Source: Eutreptiella sp. 'Long Island Sound 2002' (lineage: Eukaryota; Protista; Euglenida). Taken from it: DNA of 64,000 nucleotides. The notes under the pieces are model-generated. The model saw only the letters and a program-made list of their open reading frames with translations. It made no database searches and had not been told where the DNA came from. The stretch covers positions 2,170,001-2,234,000 of the forward strand of contig OZ038379.1 of NCBI GenBank assembly GCA_964036045.1. Reading direction: 5' to 3'. Position 1 is the first letter of the stretch; every line of letters starts with the position of its first letter. The translations under genes and the position numbers were made by a program. Of this stretch, positions 48,476 through 61,800 are shown piece after piece.

Positions 48476-50017
48476 TTGCGCATGCTGGAGAAAGCCACTA
48501 CGGCCATTCTGCGGGAACCCACCCAGATCATTACAGACACCAAGGGGCATCACCGCCTGCGGCTAGAGGGGCGGTTTGAGGGCTGCGATGAGAGTGAGGA
48601 GGACGCTGTTTTGTTGGTGGGCCAGTTCCGAAGGATGAAAATTTCTGTCCGCAATTTGGACAAACTCCCGAGGACATGTAGGAGGGCCACCCTACGACGG
48701 GTCCGCCAAGCCCTCATCCCCCACCGGTCGAAGCCGGTGGTGTTCAAGCCCAGTGTGGGACGGGCTCGTTGCGGGGCCCTCTTCAACCTCTAGGACGTGG
48801 TGGAGCAACGTGTGAAGTTACAATACATGCAACAACCCCAGGGCCGCGTACCTCCAAAGTTTCGTATTGTCATTTGTGTGGATGCCACCCCTTTTTGGAA
48901 GGCAAGTGCCACATGTGGGGACATGTACATCGACTTAGCAGATAGTACACGCAGCGCGGGGAGGCCTAGTTTGTGGCCCACGTGGTTTACGTCTGATGGA
49001 TCAGATGATGCCGACCCCTTGTGCCTAGCTGACAAATTGGGGCAGCTAGATGCCTAGGTGGTCGAGCTACAACGCTATGGGATTGCCACCCCCACCGTGA
49101 CCGTTGAGGTGGAATGTTTCTTAACGGGAGATGGGAAAGGGATGTGATCTGGGCACACGAAACTTGAATGCCGTTGTTGGCATTGCGACCTCGCATTTGA
49201 GGACTTTGGAGGTGACAACCTCCATCCTAGTGATTTTAGAATTTCCATTCGATGGGGGGCTTTCCTCCGTTCCATACCCTCAACACGTCGTGTTGGACAC
49301 ATGGTGCATTGCTGTTGTAGAATAGTAAATGAAATTTTCAAAAGTTTATGCTCGGGTGGCCGGATTTCACAGGCCCGTGCCCTCGCCCCTTTGTTGCGGA
49401 GTGTAGTGCAATCCGTGATGCAAGCGGCTGCCCACATCTTGTCCGAAACCAGGGACACACCGCGGCCCACTAAGGACGGTAATTTTGATTTAGCGGGGGG
49501 AAGGTGGTTTGCCCGAGATTAGGCGAAGCACGCAAAAGTTGTGCAGCTTATTCAACAACATGTGGGGCCTCAAGAGCGTGTGGCTGTAGGCGGGACAAGC
49601 ATCCCCCTGCATGCCGTGATCCAGCGCATGCTCCTTAGTTTGTGGGAAATGGAAAAGTGTTGGTCGAACAAGATTGGTTTGACCAATAAGGAGGTGGAGT
49701 CGTATAGGCGGGCTGTGGGACAATTTGCCAATGATTGGCGTGCGTTGCAGTGGCAACCCACAGTGTGGGTGCATTGGACATGTGTCCATTCTGGGTGGTT
49801 TGTGGTTGAGTACCGCAATTTTTATATTTTTTCCAGCATCCCCACCAAAAGGCAGAATGTGGAGTTCAAGATGGACATCCGCCATTCATTTCTAGGTTAT
49901 ACAATATCGCGCCCGTATTTTACTGCACGGGCATTCACCCACGTACAGGAGCTTGATGCTCTTGAGGTGGGCTTGCAGACGTGGCATGCGTTGCATGACA
50001 CGAAGGACAAGAAGTGA
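48476..50017 (+). pseudogene. RAG1/Transib/CMC-type DDE transposase, one frame with four premature stops
   Basis: ICVDAT (Asp 48881), FLTGDGK (Asp 49130), CRCWHCD, VGHMVHC (cf. D.LH), TVWVHWTCVH (His 49772 and 49787), and position +20 from the second His is K (AAA 49847, one transition from the expected Glu). Stops at 48791, 49055, 49145 and 49520. No frameshift. Confidence 0.75.
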
Positions 50018-50869
50018 CGCATCGGACGACGAAAGGCCTAAGGACACAAATGAAATCCAAAATGCTGCTTTGCGACAGTGCTGTGGGACAGGTGCCGAGA
50101 CAGGGGGCTGTCTTAGGACAGGGGGTCGTGACAGGTGTCAAGACAGCGGGGTGTCGTAAGACAGCTGAACCAAGACAGGGGGGCTGTCGTGAAGACAAGG
50201 GCTGTCTTGGGGCTATCGTGGGATTTTACGAAATGCGCGCTGCGCGTGTGCACATGGCGGAACTGGTGTCCACGGGGTCCCATTGGCATAGGGAACATGT
50301 TTTAGTACCTAAAAGTCATAGGATGTGAGGGGGTATGGTGGAGGAATACACCACTTTGGGGGGGGGGGGGGTTGTCGGCCTCATCCTATCTGGCTGCACC
50401 TCACAATGGAATATAACAAAAAGTATGAGTGCTACCGCAAGGGCATAGGGTCGAAAGGCAACGGCAAAAGGTCCAACAGCAAGTCTTCCAAGGGCAAACA
50501 CAAAAAGAAGGGTTCTTCCAAGGAATAATCAAGCATGTCCAGCTCCGGGTCCACCGATTCCGACTCGTCCAACGCGGACATGTTCTGGAGGGGGAAGCAC
50601 AGATTTGTAGTACACAACAGGGTGGAGTATTAAGTCGCAGGCAATGGCCGGGAGTGGCAAAGTGACCGCCCCCCGCAAAGGGATTGTGACTATTGCGGAG
50701 GCCAGCACTGGGAGTGGAACTTGGCGGGAGGATGAAGACGGACTAGGGATGCTGGTCACCAAGGTTCCGTCCCATCTCGCCAGTATGCCATAGTTTACGG
50801 AGTGGCACATACAGTTACTGCAATTTCAGGAGGCAGCAGAGGAAGGGGTCTGGCAGGCCTTCATGCTCG

Positions 50870-51420
50870 ACTCATGGATGGAGTCCACTGATTTATTAGG
50901 GCGAAGGACAAGGTCAGCAAGTCGGAGCGTCAACAGTGGGCGGGCATGGGCACCATGGACGCCATGGCACAACAGGCGCACACCAAGGAGGAGCTGTAGT
51001 GCGTTTGTTTGGCCGTCCTCTCCCGATCTTTGTGCCTTAGGGTGGGCGAGGCAACATCAATCCGGCCCAAGGACTTGGACCAGCAGAAGGGGAGAGTGAC
51101 CTTCCACAACAAAAAAAAAGAGGAGATAGGTAGCACGCTTAGCAAGCGACTACATCCAGAAAGTCATGGGCCTGTCCTGCCTCATTGCGCCGCGAATGGG
51201 GTGAGACCCGGCGGTACCTTTACTACCCCGGGATGCAGCAAAATTGCAGACCATCATGGCCGGGCTGTTGGTGGTGAAAGAGCATGAAGGTATGCAGTGG
51301 CATGCGTGGCGCCGAGCGGGCGCCACATGGTTGGTGCGGGCCGGCACGACGCCCTCGAGGTCATGGTGTGGGCTAGGTGGCGATCGGCAAGAGTGGCTAG
51401 ATGATATGTGGCCACATGGG
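50870..51420 (+). pseudogene. Tyrosine recombinase remnant (DIRS/Crypton-type), frameshifted
   Basis: LCLRVGEATSIRPKDL (Arg-I box), QWHAWRRAGATWL (HxxR) and, in a shifted frame, VMVWARWRSARVAR*Y (His/Trp...Tyr box). Confidence 0.78.
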
Positions 51421-52877
51421 AGGACCTACAATGGGAGGAGGCTAGGCTGCCGCAGCCCCAGCGAGTTCCCGATCTAACGGTGTGATTCTTCGCGATCCAG
51501 AGTACGAAAGCCACCAAGTTGTGGCTGCGGTCGATCAGCAATCCCGACCATGGAGATGGGTCGTCCTCGAGCTTAGACGATGCCAGGGCGTCCATGCGGG
51601 AGCACCCACCCACCCTGACGAGCCTGCCCACGAAATTGTGGTGCAGTCACTTGTGCCATCGTGGCTATACAGACTGCAAGGTTCAGATGACATCTGGACA
51701 GAACTGCCACTTGAAGGACTGTTGCTTCTACTCGTCAGCGAGTCACAATCAGAAAAAGTGAGTGCGACTGGACCCCCCCTGTTCTGGGGTTCATCTTCAT
51801 CCATTTCATCGCACATGGGGCCTGTGCGCCCCCTTGTACATCTTGAAAGGGGGGGGGTTTCCAGGGGGGGGGGTTCATTTGGGGGGTGACATCTGAATTC
51901 CCCATTAAGATTCTACATTTTGAATGCACATAAGTCGGGATGAATTTTCGAACACTTTCGCATAATTCCAACAATTGGGACGGGGGCATTTCAGCTTTTT
52001 TTAAGGAATGGGGGTGGGCGCATACTTGAATTTCTGAGGAAAAATGAGCAGGTTGACTGCACATAAGTGGGGGTGAGTTTTTGAAATTTTGGAATGTTCA
52101 TTGTCAGGCCAAAGAGTGCTGTTTCCCAAGGAGGTTGCAGTGATACAGAGCAAGCACAAATCGCATATTCAGTGCATAGTAGACATCTGCAATGGCCCAG
52201 CATAGCGGACATCTCCAATGGCCCTTAACAGTAACACCACAAACTCCCTTGACTATTTGGATGCCTGTTGACAACTAGGGCTATCCACCATGGTACCACC
52301 AGCAAAACGCATGCGGTGCTGCTCACACACACCCAGTACGGAAGCCAGCTCTGGCACACTGGACTCCGGACGCCTCAGCAATGCCTCACTCTCTTCAGTG
52401 TACTATGATCCCTAAAGTCTTCCGCTTCGGGTGTCAGATTTCTTGTATGGCTTGATCAACCGGGATCAGCTACATGCGAAGCTATACCAGATCAATCAGA
52501 TACCAGGAGTGTGCCTACCAGGAGTGTACTGTACCATGAATATCGCGTTGCGGTCGACAAAACACGGTCAAGCAGCACAACGTCACCACAGGACGAAGTG
52601 TGTAGCATAGCAATGGCTTGTGTCCATTTGTAGCATAGCATTTGTGTGTGGCCTTGGCCAATGAGAAGGAACTGCCGAACATTGCTGCATATGCATACCA
52701 GGACGTGCATGTGTAGAGCGCATTGTGACCTGCTTACGACCCTCAAGCTGTGGGTGTTGTGGTCCAAAATTACCATGAACTCCCCCCATGCTGCTTTGCT
52801 TGGTTCAGTCTCTTTCCATTGAAATGGTGCAGGCATGATAGAACGCCATCCCTTTTGCAGAGTGTAACTTGCACAAA

Positions 52878-55800
52878 ATGCCTGATGATTCGCCACCCAC
52901 GAAGGAGGAGCTGGAGCGGATTGCCAAATGTATGGAGAAGCAGGAGTTCCGAGAACTGCTCAATGAATACTTAACTGCCATGCAGGACCCTGAGACGAAA
53001 AAGGTATTCCACATGAATCCATGATGCTGGTTGGGTGCCTCGTTCTTGATAAATGTTGTGGTTTTGCATGCGTCCTTTGTTCCGTGTTTGTTGGCACCAC
53101 CTGTGCTTGTCCTTCGGTCAGGTGTTTGTGTGTAATCGATGCATCGTGGTTTTGTGTGCATCTTCTCAATCGTGTTCGCTCCCTTCGTCCCACCTCTGCT
53201 TGTTTGTTGGTCTATATTTTTGTGTTGTTGTTTGTTCTGCCTGTTTGTTTTTGTGTTGTGGGACAGGAGATTCGGCCTGGTTGTGGCTCTGGCTGCAAGG
53301 CGGTGTCCCCCCAAGGCGTCTATCAAACGATCAGACGACCCCATCACCCATCACAATTGGTACATCACATGCGTCTAGTGGCCCATTGATGGGTCTTACT
53401 CTAGGGCAGGTAGAGTTGGTGGGGGGAATGCATGGCTGCACTGTTGCCTATCCGTGTGTTGCCAAGGGGAGTGCCGGCGCGGACCACATATGGCAACCAC
53501 CGTGGGCTGCACCAACATGGGAGGCGACATATGGCAACCACACACTGGGGATAACGTCCTCCGGGGGACGTTAGGATCGGCTCATGGTTGATTTCGGTGG
53601 TTCAGGTGCTGCCCTGGCATCGACGTAGAGAAAGACGTCAAGACGTGGCACTGTCATCTTGTTAGACAGAAGCGTGTGGGTAGGCTGAGAGGGATGGCAA
53701 GAATCGTTCCATTTGGCAGTACAGCTCCTTCCAAACATGACACACTCACAAGTTGACAAGTGCGACACCTGCGACGCAGATGATGCCGATCACTGACAGG
53801 CAGACCGATCAATTGTTCTGGGATCGTCTGGGGTTTGCCCCCCAGTTTAAGGCAGCACCCCCTGTTCCCCACCACCTATTGCCCCCAGTTGGGCGGGGGG
53901 ATGTCGCCAACCCCAACCTGCCCCACAATTTGGGGAGGACGGCGCCCCTCATGGCTGCAGGAGCCCGGAAACAAAAGACTTCCCCAGCCCTGGTGGAGTC
54001 CGTCCCGCCCATGGACACATGAATAAACAGATGGACCGTCCGACCAGAAGACGGACCGACTGACGGACAGACGGATCAACGGCCGGGCGAGCTGACAGAC
54101 TTTCTGACCGACATCCAACCGACAACAGACAACCAGCAATACAGACGCCTCTGCTCCTCACCCCGGACCTCGTGTTTAGGGCCCTTGGGTGCGAGCAGGC
54201 TAATAGGCCACTCGGGCACATGTGTTCTCCTTGTGCCACATTTTGGGACAAGCAATGGGTTGCGTGTGTATGTGTGTGTGTTGTTCGAAACCATCCTCTG
54301 ACGATTGAGCCCCCGTCCCCCTGCCTGTGTTTCCCTCTATTGCCTTTCTGTCCCCATCATATCACATGTGAGGGGGCTGCATGGTCATGGGCTATGCTTT
54401 TTTTGTGTGCAGGAGGAGGAAGAATATTTGAAGCAATTGGAGCGTGAGGCAGAGGAAGGCAATTACACAATGCAGATATTGATCCCCGAACCGGTTTGTG
54501 GCTTCTGTCCCGACGTGGCTCGCATTACCTCTTCAGCATAGTGTGGATGGGACGCTTGTGTGTGTCTGTGAGGATGGAGCAACGATGCAGTGACCATGTG
54601 CTCGACTGTTGACAGGCTTTCTGTGTCAAGTGTCGCAATGCAGCCCGAGAGAAAGTCTACATCAACATTTGCAGTTCAGACAAGGTTGAAGTGTTTCGGG
54701 AAGACTACACTGGGAATTCTAGAGGTTGTAAGTGCTCTGCCTTCTGCCTGCTACCATCTCCTACAGTACAGTGTGCAGTCAGGTGCCTCCTGGCCTCTGT
54801 GCTGAGCAAAGCGCACTTGACCGCTAATTATGGTATTCGAGCATACCAAGTGAGCGGCGCCCAAAGGCGTGTGAAGAAAACAAACACAAGTGGTCCATCC
54901 CTGTCCAGTCCATTGCTGGCACTCATCCCCCCCCCTCTGACAGCATGTGTTCTGCTCAAAGGAAATCTGACTGGGTCCCTTTCCAGACTTGGACGCACCC
55001 AGTCTGACGGTTGCCCCGGCCCGATTACATGGACACTTTACTGTTTGCCTCTTGTTGTGACAACTGTTGCGCGTTCTGCTTTCCCCCAGGTGCGATGTGG
55101 CATGTGCCGCTGAGCGTTGGCAAACCGAGGCCAGAAATGGACAAGCGTATGTCTGGGACGGGAGGCGCCAGGGTGTCACGGAGTAACATGGGTCACATTC
55201 GCTGATCGTGATTTGGGAGGTCGTTCGGGGTGACCCAACATTACAAGATCAATACAACAAACGCAACTTGGCAACACACTGCCAATAGCTAGAGGGACAG
55301 CAGCCAAGCCTAGTTGAGCTTTCATGCACCGAATTTAGAGCCGTTTAGCACCGCTGCAATGACAAAATCGCTCGGTTGGTCTGACTCCGCCGACATGGTC
55401 ATCGATGGGTTTCCGGCTTTCAGTCGATTTCACAGTGAGATCACACTGTAAGGGGCACTGTAAGGTAGGGAGTGCCACAAAGCTGGCGCATGCCTGTCTG
55501 GGCACCAGTCCGACCAGAGGCTGATGGTAGGGGAAATCAGACGCGGCATGAGCCCTAAACCCCACTGCCTCACTCAACTGCCGTCAGTGAACCATAAACT
55601 GCCGTCAGCGAATCATTGAAAACTATCAGTGGGTCGTTGCCCACTGTCAGTGCCCTCAGTTCGCATCCAACAAAACGAAAGTACCGGCTAAACAAACAAC
55701 CGATTGCCTGCCCCTGGTCGACCAGGACCGTCCTCAAGTACCAATTCTAAGAAGCACCGTGCAAGTATATGCGTAGGGATTGGGCCCTGTATTCCTGCAC

Positions 55801-58800
55801 AATGCTTCGTGCACTCTGGATGCGTGTTGAAGCTTTAAACAGTGGGTACGTTTATGCCGATGGCATAGATGTGTGCTCTGAAGTTATGCTTAGCAAACAA
55901 ATGCGTAGCACCGTATCTGTGCCGATGGCATATACACGGTGCACCAATGGCTCCTGACCACGCTCTGAAGTTGCGCCAACGGCAGAACACGTGCTCTGTA
56001 TTTGTGCAGATGGCAAAGAAATTGAAACGTACGATGCCGTGTTTAATCCGAAGACCGTTCAATTGGCCAACGATTCAAATAAATTCATGTGCTTCCTTGT
56101 GGAGATCTGTGTGGAGCACATCAATGAAGGTTACGAGAAGTCTTTGGTGCCAGGTGTTGATCTTTTGTCCACCGGTGTCCTCTGAAGCCGCAGTGCACTC
56201 GCAGATGTGTCAACTGAATGTTTGCAATGCACAAAATGCGCTCTTTTATCCTGGTGGTAGATTTTGTAGCCTGATTCTTGTGTCTGTCCGTCCGTCCGTC
56301 CGTCTGTCCGTCCGTCCGTCCGTCTGTCTGTCTGTCTGTCTGTCTCTCCGTCTGCCTCTCTCTCTGTCTGTCTGTCTGTCTGGAAATTGAGGTTTTGTCT
56401 GTGCATTGAAATTTCGGTGCATATGCCTGAGACGTGTTGGGTCTGGACAGGAACGAGAGCATGTGCAGGGGTAGAAGTTGCCCTTGGATGAGAAAGGTTA
56501 TCGAATGCTTGAGTGCATTTGTATCCCGCAAATGGTATGTTGGACCAAGTACTACAAAGTAACGAACGCCTCACTAGAAGGGGGCCGGCGTCATTCTGGG
56601 GTGGGAAAGGAGCTTCCACTTTCTTTTAAAGGGCCGGCGTACCTGCCTTGTGCGACGCACATGAGCAGACAGAGAGACAAGGATATTCCAGGTCTACCCG
56701 TCCCGAGCAAGCCAGAACCAGCCTTACATTAAGGGTCCTGCAACCTCCTCCCCATGGTACCCTCCTACTGACGCATTTCGTGGTCCTGTGGGTTTCTCCC
56801 GTGGTCCGTGTGGGTTTCTCCCCTCCTGTCCGGTGCATGCCTTTGCATGTGCATGTGTCTGTGTTGCTTTGACGCTGGACGTGCACACACCAGGATTTGC
56901 ATGGGCATGCCCACGGTTTATGTCCCTCATGCGTGTGCCGCGACTGTACGTACCCTCAGAGCTGCCCTCAGGCTTGCTGGTTGACTCGCTCCTTTTATGT
57001 GGCCCCGCGCCCCTTCCCTTGTGAGAACAACACCCTCGTCAGAACAACAGGAGGTGTTGCTTATGCAATTTTTGGAGCCATGGTATTTGGCAGTTCCATT
57101 TGCTGTTGGTCTGTGAAGTTTTTCTGTGATTTGGGGCCGGGGATGGTATTTCAGGGATGTCCTGCTATTTGTTGCCTGTCCCTTCAGCAGGTGACTTCAA
57201 TGCACCTGCACAGATATTGCTGTGTGGGCCTCAATGATGCATTGCTTTTATAGATCTGCCGGATCTGCGCTCCTCGTTTCACGAGGTGCATGGGGGGCTT
57301 TGGCGCAGACGAGGTGCAGGGGCGGGGGGGTTGGTGTGCACGAGGCATGCCGGGGGTTGTTTGGTGCAGGGGGTCTGGCATGAGTAACGTGCGCGGGGCA
57401 CACCGGCATGGCGGTCTGTGGTCTGTAGACACTCTCTGCCCCAAGTAGACGTGATCTGCTACTTGTAGACACTATCAGCATGTTGTAGACACAAAGTGAC
57501 AATGTTTGGGATGGGGGCTGAACGCCTCTTTCCCCAAAATACGATCTGCTAAGGTCGTTTGCCCATGCACATGGGCATGTCTCTTGAGCGAGCAAAGCGA
57601 GCGAGGAAGGCGCACAGGAGTGGGAGAGGGGGCGGGTTGACACATTTTGGTGAGCGTGAGGAGCATGGGGAGGTTGGTACAGGTGAAGTGCACTGAGGGG
57701 GGAGGGAGGTTGGCGCGGACGAGGCACACAGGGGGGCTGGGGGGGGGGTTGACGCAGACGCAGATGAGGCGCTGGGGGGTTTGGCACGCATGATGCACGC
57801 TCGCAGGGTGGTTTGCACCTCGCGCCTCGTGTAACGAGGCACACAACTCCGGCGAGACACTCATTGCTTTGCTGCTTGCGTCCTTTCACGGTGCAAGCAA
57901 GCAGCACCCCCATTGGAACAACAGGTGATGTTATTTCCTTCATTTCCAGTGCTTGTACTGTTGTTCTCGCAGGGGGGTGGGTTACTCCCACATGTCCGTG
58001 GTGTCGCTCAAAGGTGGGGAACAGGCCCAACACATTTATCCCATGCGCTTTGCATTGCTCCAGAGTTCAAGCGCATCGGGAAGGTCCAGTCAAAAGGCAA
58101 ACCTGCTGCGCAGTCCATCCGCGTCAAGACTGACGATCCCAATGCCAGCCCAGTCAGTATCCCTGGCCTGCAGCCCAATAGCAACCTGTCCACCGTCAAC
58201 ATGATGCCGTCGCGGACACCCAAACCAAAGCCCAAATCCTCAGCGTCCCCGATGCATCCTCCAATCCCCGAGGAAAAGTCCAAGCCCAAGCCCAAGCCCA
58301 AGCCAACATCCAAAGGGACAAAGGAGGCCGCCAAAGCGCCTCCAGCCCCGCAGTGGAAGCAGCCGAATTATACCATAGTGCACAGAGGTCTGCTGCGCTG
58401 ATGCCATGGGGGAGTGAGGGTTTGCTGCACTGTCGCCGTGCATTTTGGGGTTGCAGGCATTCTCTTGCTTGTTCTGGATATTGCTGCACTGTGGTAGCAT
58501 TGTAGAGTTGCCGAGCATGGCTGCACTCGTGCAGCACATTGCTGCGCCATGGCCGAGCGCCGCTGCACCATGACAGCGCACTGCATTGCGGTGCTACTAG
58601 TGGCATTGCTGCACCATAGCAGTGCATTGTTTTGCTGCTGATGAAGTTGACTGTACGATGGCACTGCATTGCTTCGTTACTGCTGAACATTGCTGCGCTA
58701 CAGTAGTCATGATGGACCCCCGCGGCGGGTTTCGCTGCACCCCCCCGGTGGGTTGCTGCGTTATGGCGGTCACTGGTGAGCCCTGCTGCACAATGGCAGT

Positions 58801-61800
58801 GCTTTGCACTGCAACTGCTGACCCTTGTTGTCCTGTGGTGGCGTGTTGCAGGGGTGATGTTGAGCACCGCCACACACTATCACCGGGCATGGGAGTGCCA
58901 CAGATGACCACTGCTGGAATATTCCAGCGCATTGCGTTGGTGCATCCATCCGTGACCTGCGCCGCTCAGTCCCCAGTGGTGCCTGCCCCATGAACCACCA
59001 CGTCCCCCGCTCGTTTGCCAGTGAAGGCGGCAAGTTGAGGATGGCTGCCACGAGTAAGCACGCATGCGCACGCATGCTTGTGCGATGGTGGGCCGGGCCG
59101 GTGCTCCGGGTCGATTGGGACGACTAGCGCAGTGGCAACACGTATATCGGGGGCGAGGGCACGGAGGACAGGATGAGTGGGGGCACACACCAGCACCAGC
59201 CACCACGCTCCAGCACCCCAACCCTTGAGGTTGCGCTTGCCACACGCAGGAGCGCTGCAAAATGACCCAAGTCCTAGGCCCCGGCAGCAAACTGAACCGC
59301 CCCCGCAGCACGAGGGCAGGGACCTCCTGCCTTGCAGAGCAGGTGTCTGGGCAAAGTGCACCTATGGGTGCCCTGGGGACCCAGACGTGCCCTGGCGCTG
59401 CTGCTGTGCCTTGTTTGATAGAGGTCGTCTGTGTATCATTCACGGCCTGCACCCTGCATCCCGGCCTGCACCATGAAGGCGCACCCAGGCACCCCCTCAA
59501 GGGTTGCCTTGGAAATGCAAGCATTTGGATTGCAGCCCGCTTCTTTCCTCTCCAGGGGAAATTTCATTGGGGGATGCCTGGAATGAAAGGGAAGACACAA
59601 AGCGCCGCCTTCCGAAGGAGCTTGTGGTGCGGATCGAGCTGCCGAACATGGTATCTCCCTCAGACGCCACCACCTGCCCGGGCAGGAGCTGGGAGGATCT
59701 GATATTGGCTGTGCGGCACTTGCGTCAGGCGTGTGGGTGATTCCATCGGACGTCGCTGCAAAGATCCGCGAGCAACACCACATACCCACAGCAATGGGCG
59801 CTTGCATGAAACGTAAGGCGATCCCGGTACGTAGGAACACGGGTGTGTGTGCTATGAAGGCAGTGCCCACAGGGGGGGGGGGATTTCGTGGGGGGGTAAT
59901 TTCGTGGGATACTTTGGTTTTTACGGAACGTGGCGCAATTTTCCCCTGGCGAAATTGAGGGGTGTTGGCAGTGCAGTGTAGGGTGTTGTGACGGGGCCCC
60001 GTGTGTGTGAGGGGGGGGGGGGAAGCCCCGTCCTTGTATGCGAACTCCCCCAGCCCCCCCCCTCCCCCCTGGATTTTGAAATTTAGTGGTCCTGGTGGTG
60101 TAACGGCAAACCACCACACCGACGGTGAACAATGATGAACAATCAACTTGGGTGCCAGTGGCGCCCGGAAAATTTTTTTTCCGCCTTTATGGACCGGGTC
60201 ACAGAATTTCCAGTCCCAATTTTCCCGTCCCCCCCCTTTTTCCCCATTTATAGTGAATGGAAAAAGGGGCTTTGACCCCTCTGGACTTGTACATATTCAA
60301 AATGCTCGGAATGAAACAGGGAATTCAAGAATGCCTGCAAAACCTGAAATAAATTTACCCCTTAGCCCCCCCTCTGGACCCCCTGCCCACGCTGCGGGGG
60401 TTGTAGTCTGGAAATGAATTGAACACCCCCTGTGATAGTGCCAAAAGAAGACTGGCAAATATGGTGCCTGCGGGGTAGGTGGAAGGGCTTGGTTTGCCTG
60501 ACGCTTGGCAGTCACGTGCGTCTTTGTGTTTGCTGTTGTGTCGATACATACAGAACGCAGCATCAGAAGCTGATACTCTGGAAATAACAGAGAAGAAGAT
60601 ATTCTTGAAGTCGGACAAGCGAAGTTACTACTTGGATGTATGTGGCTGCTGGAGGGGCTCTGCTTCGTCAATGTCAGAGGGCAAGGAAGTGCCGGCCTGC
60701 ATTCGTGTGCATCTGTGACTTGGTTTTGGATGCTCGTCCATCTGATCGTGTTTGCACCTCCCACGGCTCTGTTCCACAGCTTGAACTTCCTTTTCCGGTG
60801 GATGATGACGCGGCAAGCGCCAAATTTGATAAGACCAAAAAGGTCCTCACCATTACAGTGGCGGTCAAGCCCCCGCACAGACCGGACCTCAAGGTATTTG
60901 TTGCAGGATATGTGTTGACTTTCAGCCATGACCACTATCGCAGATGCTCTATGTATTATTGGGACATAGACCTGCAGTACAAACGACCCGCCCCCCCCCC
61001 CCCCAAAGGCAGGACCCCCCTGTACAAGCAACAGCCCCACATATGAGCAACCCCCCCCCTCCACTAGCGACGCCCCTACACCTGTAACACCCTGTACAAA
61101 CAATAGCCTCCTGTATGAGCGACAGCGCGAGGCATGGGCAACACTTGGAGGAGCTTTCCCCCCTCAAGACCTCCATCAGTTCATCCCTGCATGGGTAGCT
61201 GCAAATTGCGTTGTTGCTCATTGCAATGGCATGCTGTCCAGGTAACACTGTTCAAAGCAACGTAGTACTGAAAAGTACCAAAGCAATCAATCAGTGTTGA
61301 AGCAGCCCAGAACACCGGAAGTCACAAAAAGCTAGGGATGCAAGGTTGGGGCCTGGTTGCAGGCAGGTGCATGACCTCCCAACCCCCCTCTCCCCCTGTG
61401 AATTTAGGTCTGCCCCCATATTCATCATCAATAGGCAGCCCAACAGGCTGTTGAATCAGTAACCGCATGAACCTCGGTGACTGCATCACTGACCAATTGA
61501 ACGTGAACATTCACCATGTTCCCACTGCTCCAAGGGCGGCGTTGCAGAGGGTTGCAAAGCACTGTATGGATTTGTGGAGGCCCCTGAGCCTCCCCCCCAA
61601 CTCCTTTTCCACCGTCGCCGTCCCATTCCCCTCACTGCTTTTCCTTTCGTGATCCCCCATGTCTTTTTTCCTTCCTCCTCCTGTCTCACACTCAAGTATT
61701 GAGTAATGGTGGGGGTGCTAGGGACCCTGCTCGGCTAACTCACGGCATGCATCTGTATGGAGCCTGTCCCGCTCCACTGTCGCGTGTTTGCATCAACAAG

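Larger units (their letters stand above)
43890..50225 (+). mobile_element. Composite DNA transposon-like element with oriented CACGACAGCCCCCTGTCTTG subterminal arrays, a RAG1/Transib/CMC-type transposase and cargo ORFs
   Basis: Arrays at 43890-44070 (forward), 46200-46440 (forward), 48125-48300 (reverse then forward) and 50075-50225 (reverse). The outer ends CCACGACAGCCCC / GGGGCTATCGTGG are inverted. All internal ORFs are on the plus strand. Confidence 0.65.

Noticed and set aside
56478-56732. LPLDEKGYRML segment as a DNAAF2 exon
   Set aside because: Phase mismatch with the 56153 donor. Direct splicing to 58064 gives a continuous Kintoun-like sequence.
57248-59524. Long ORFs (e.g. 57248-58033, 58196-58873, 58880-59524)
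   Set aside because: They arise from GT-rich or TGCA-rich low-complexity intronic sequence of DNAAF2 and have no domain motifs.
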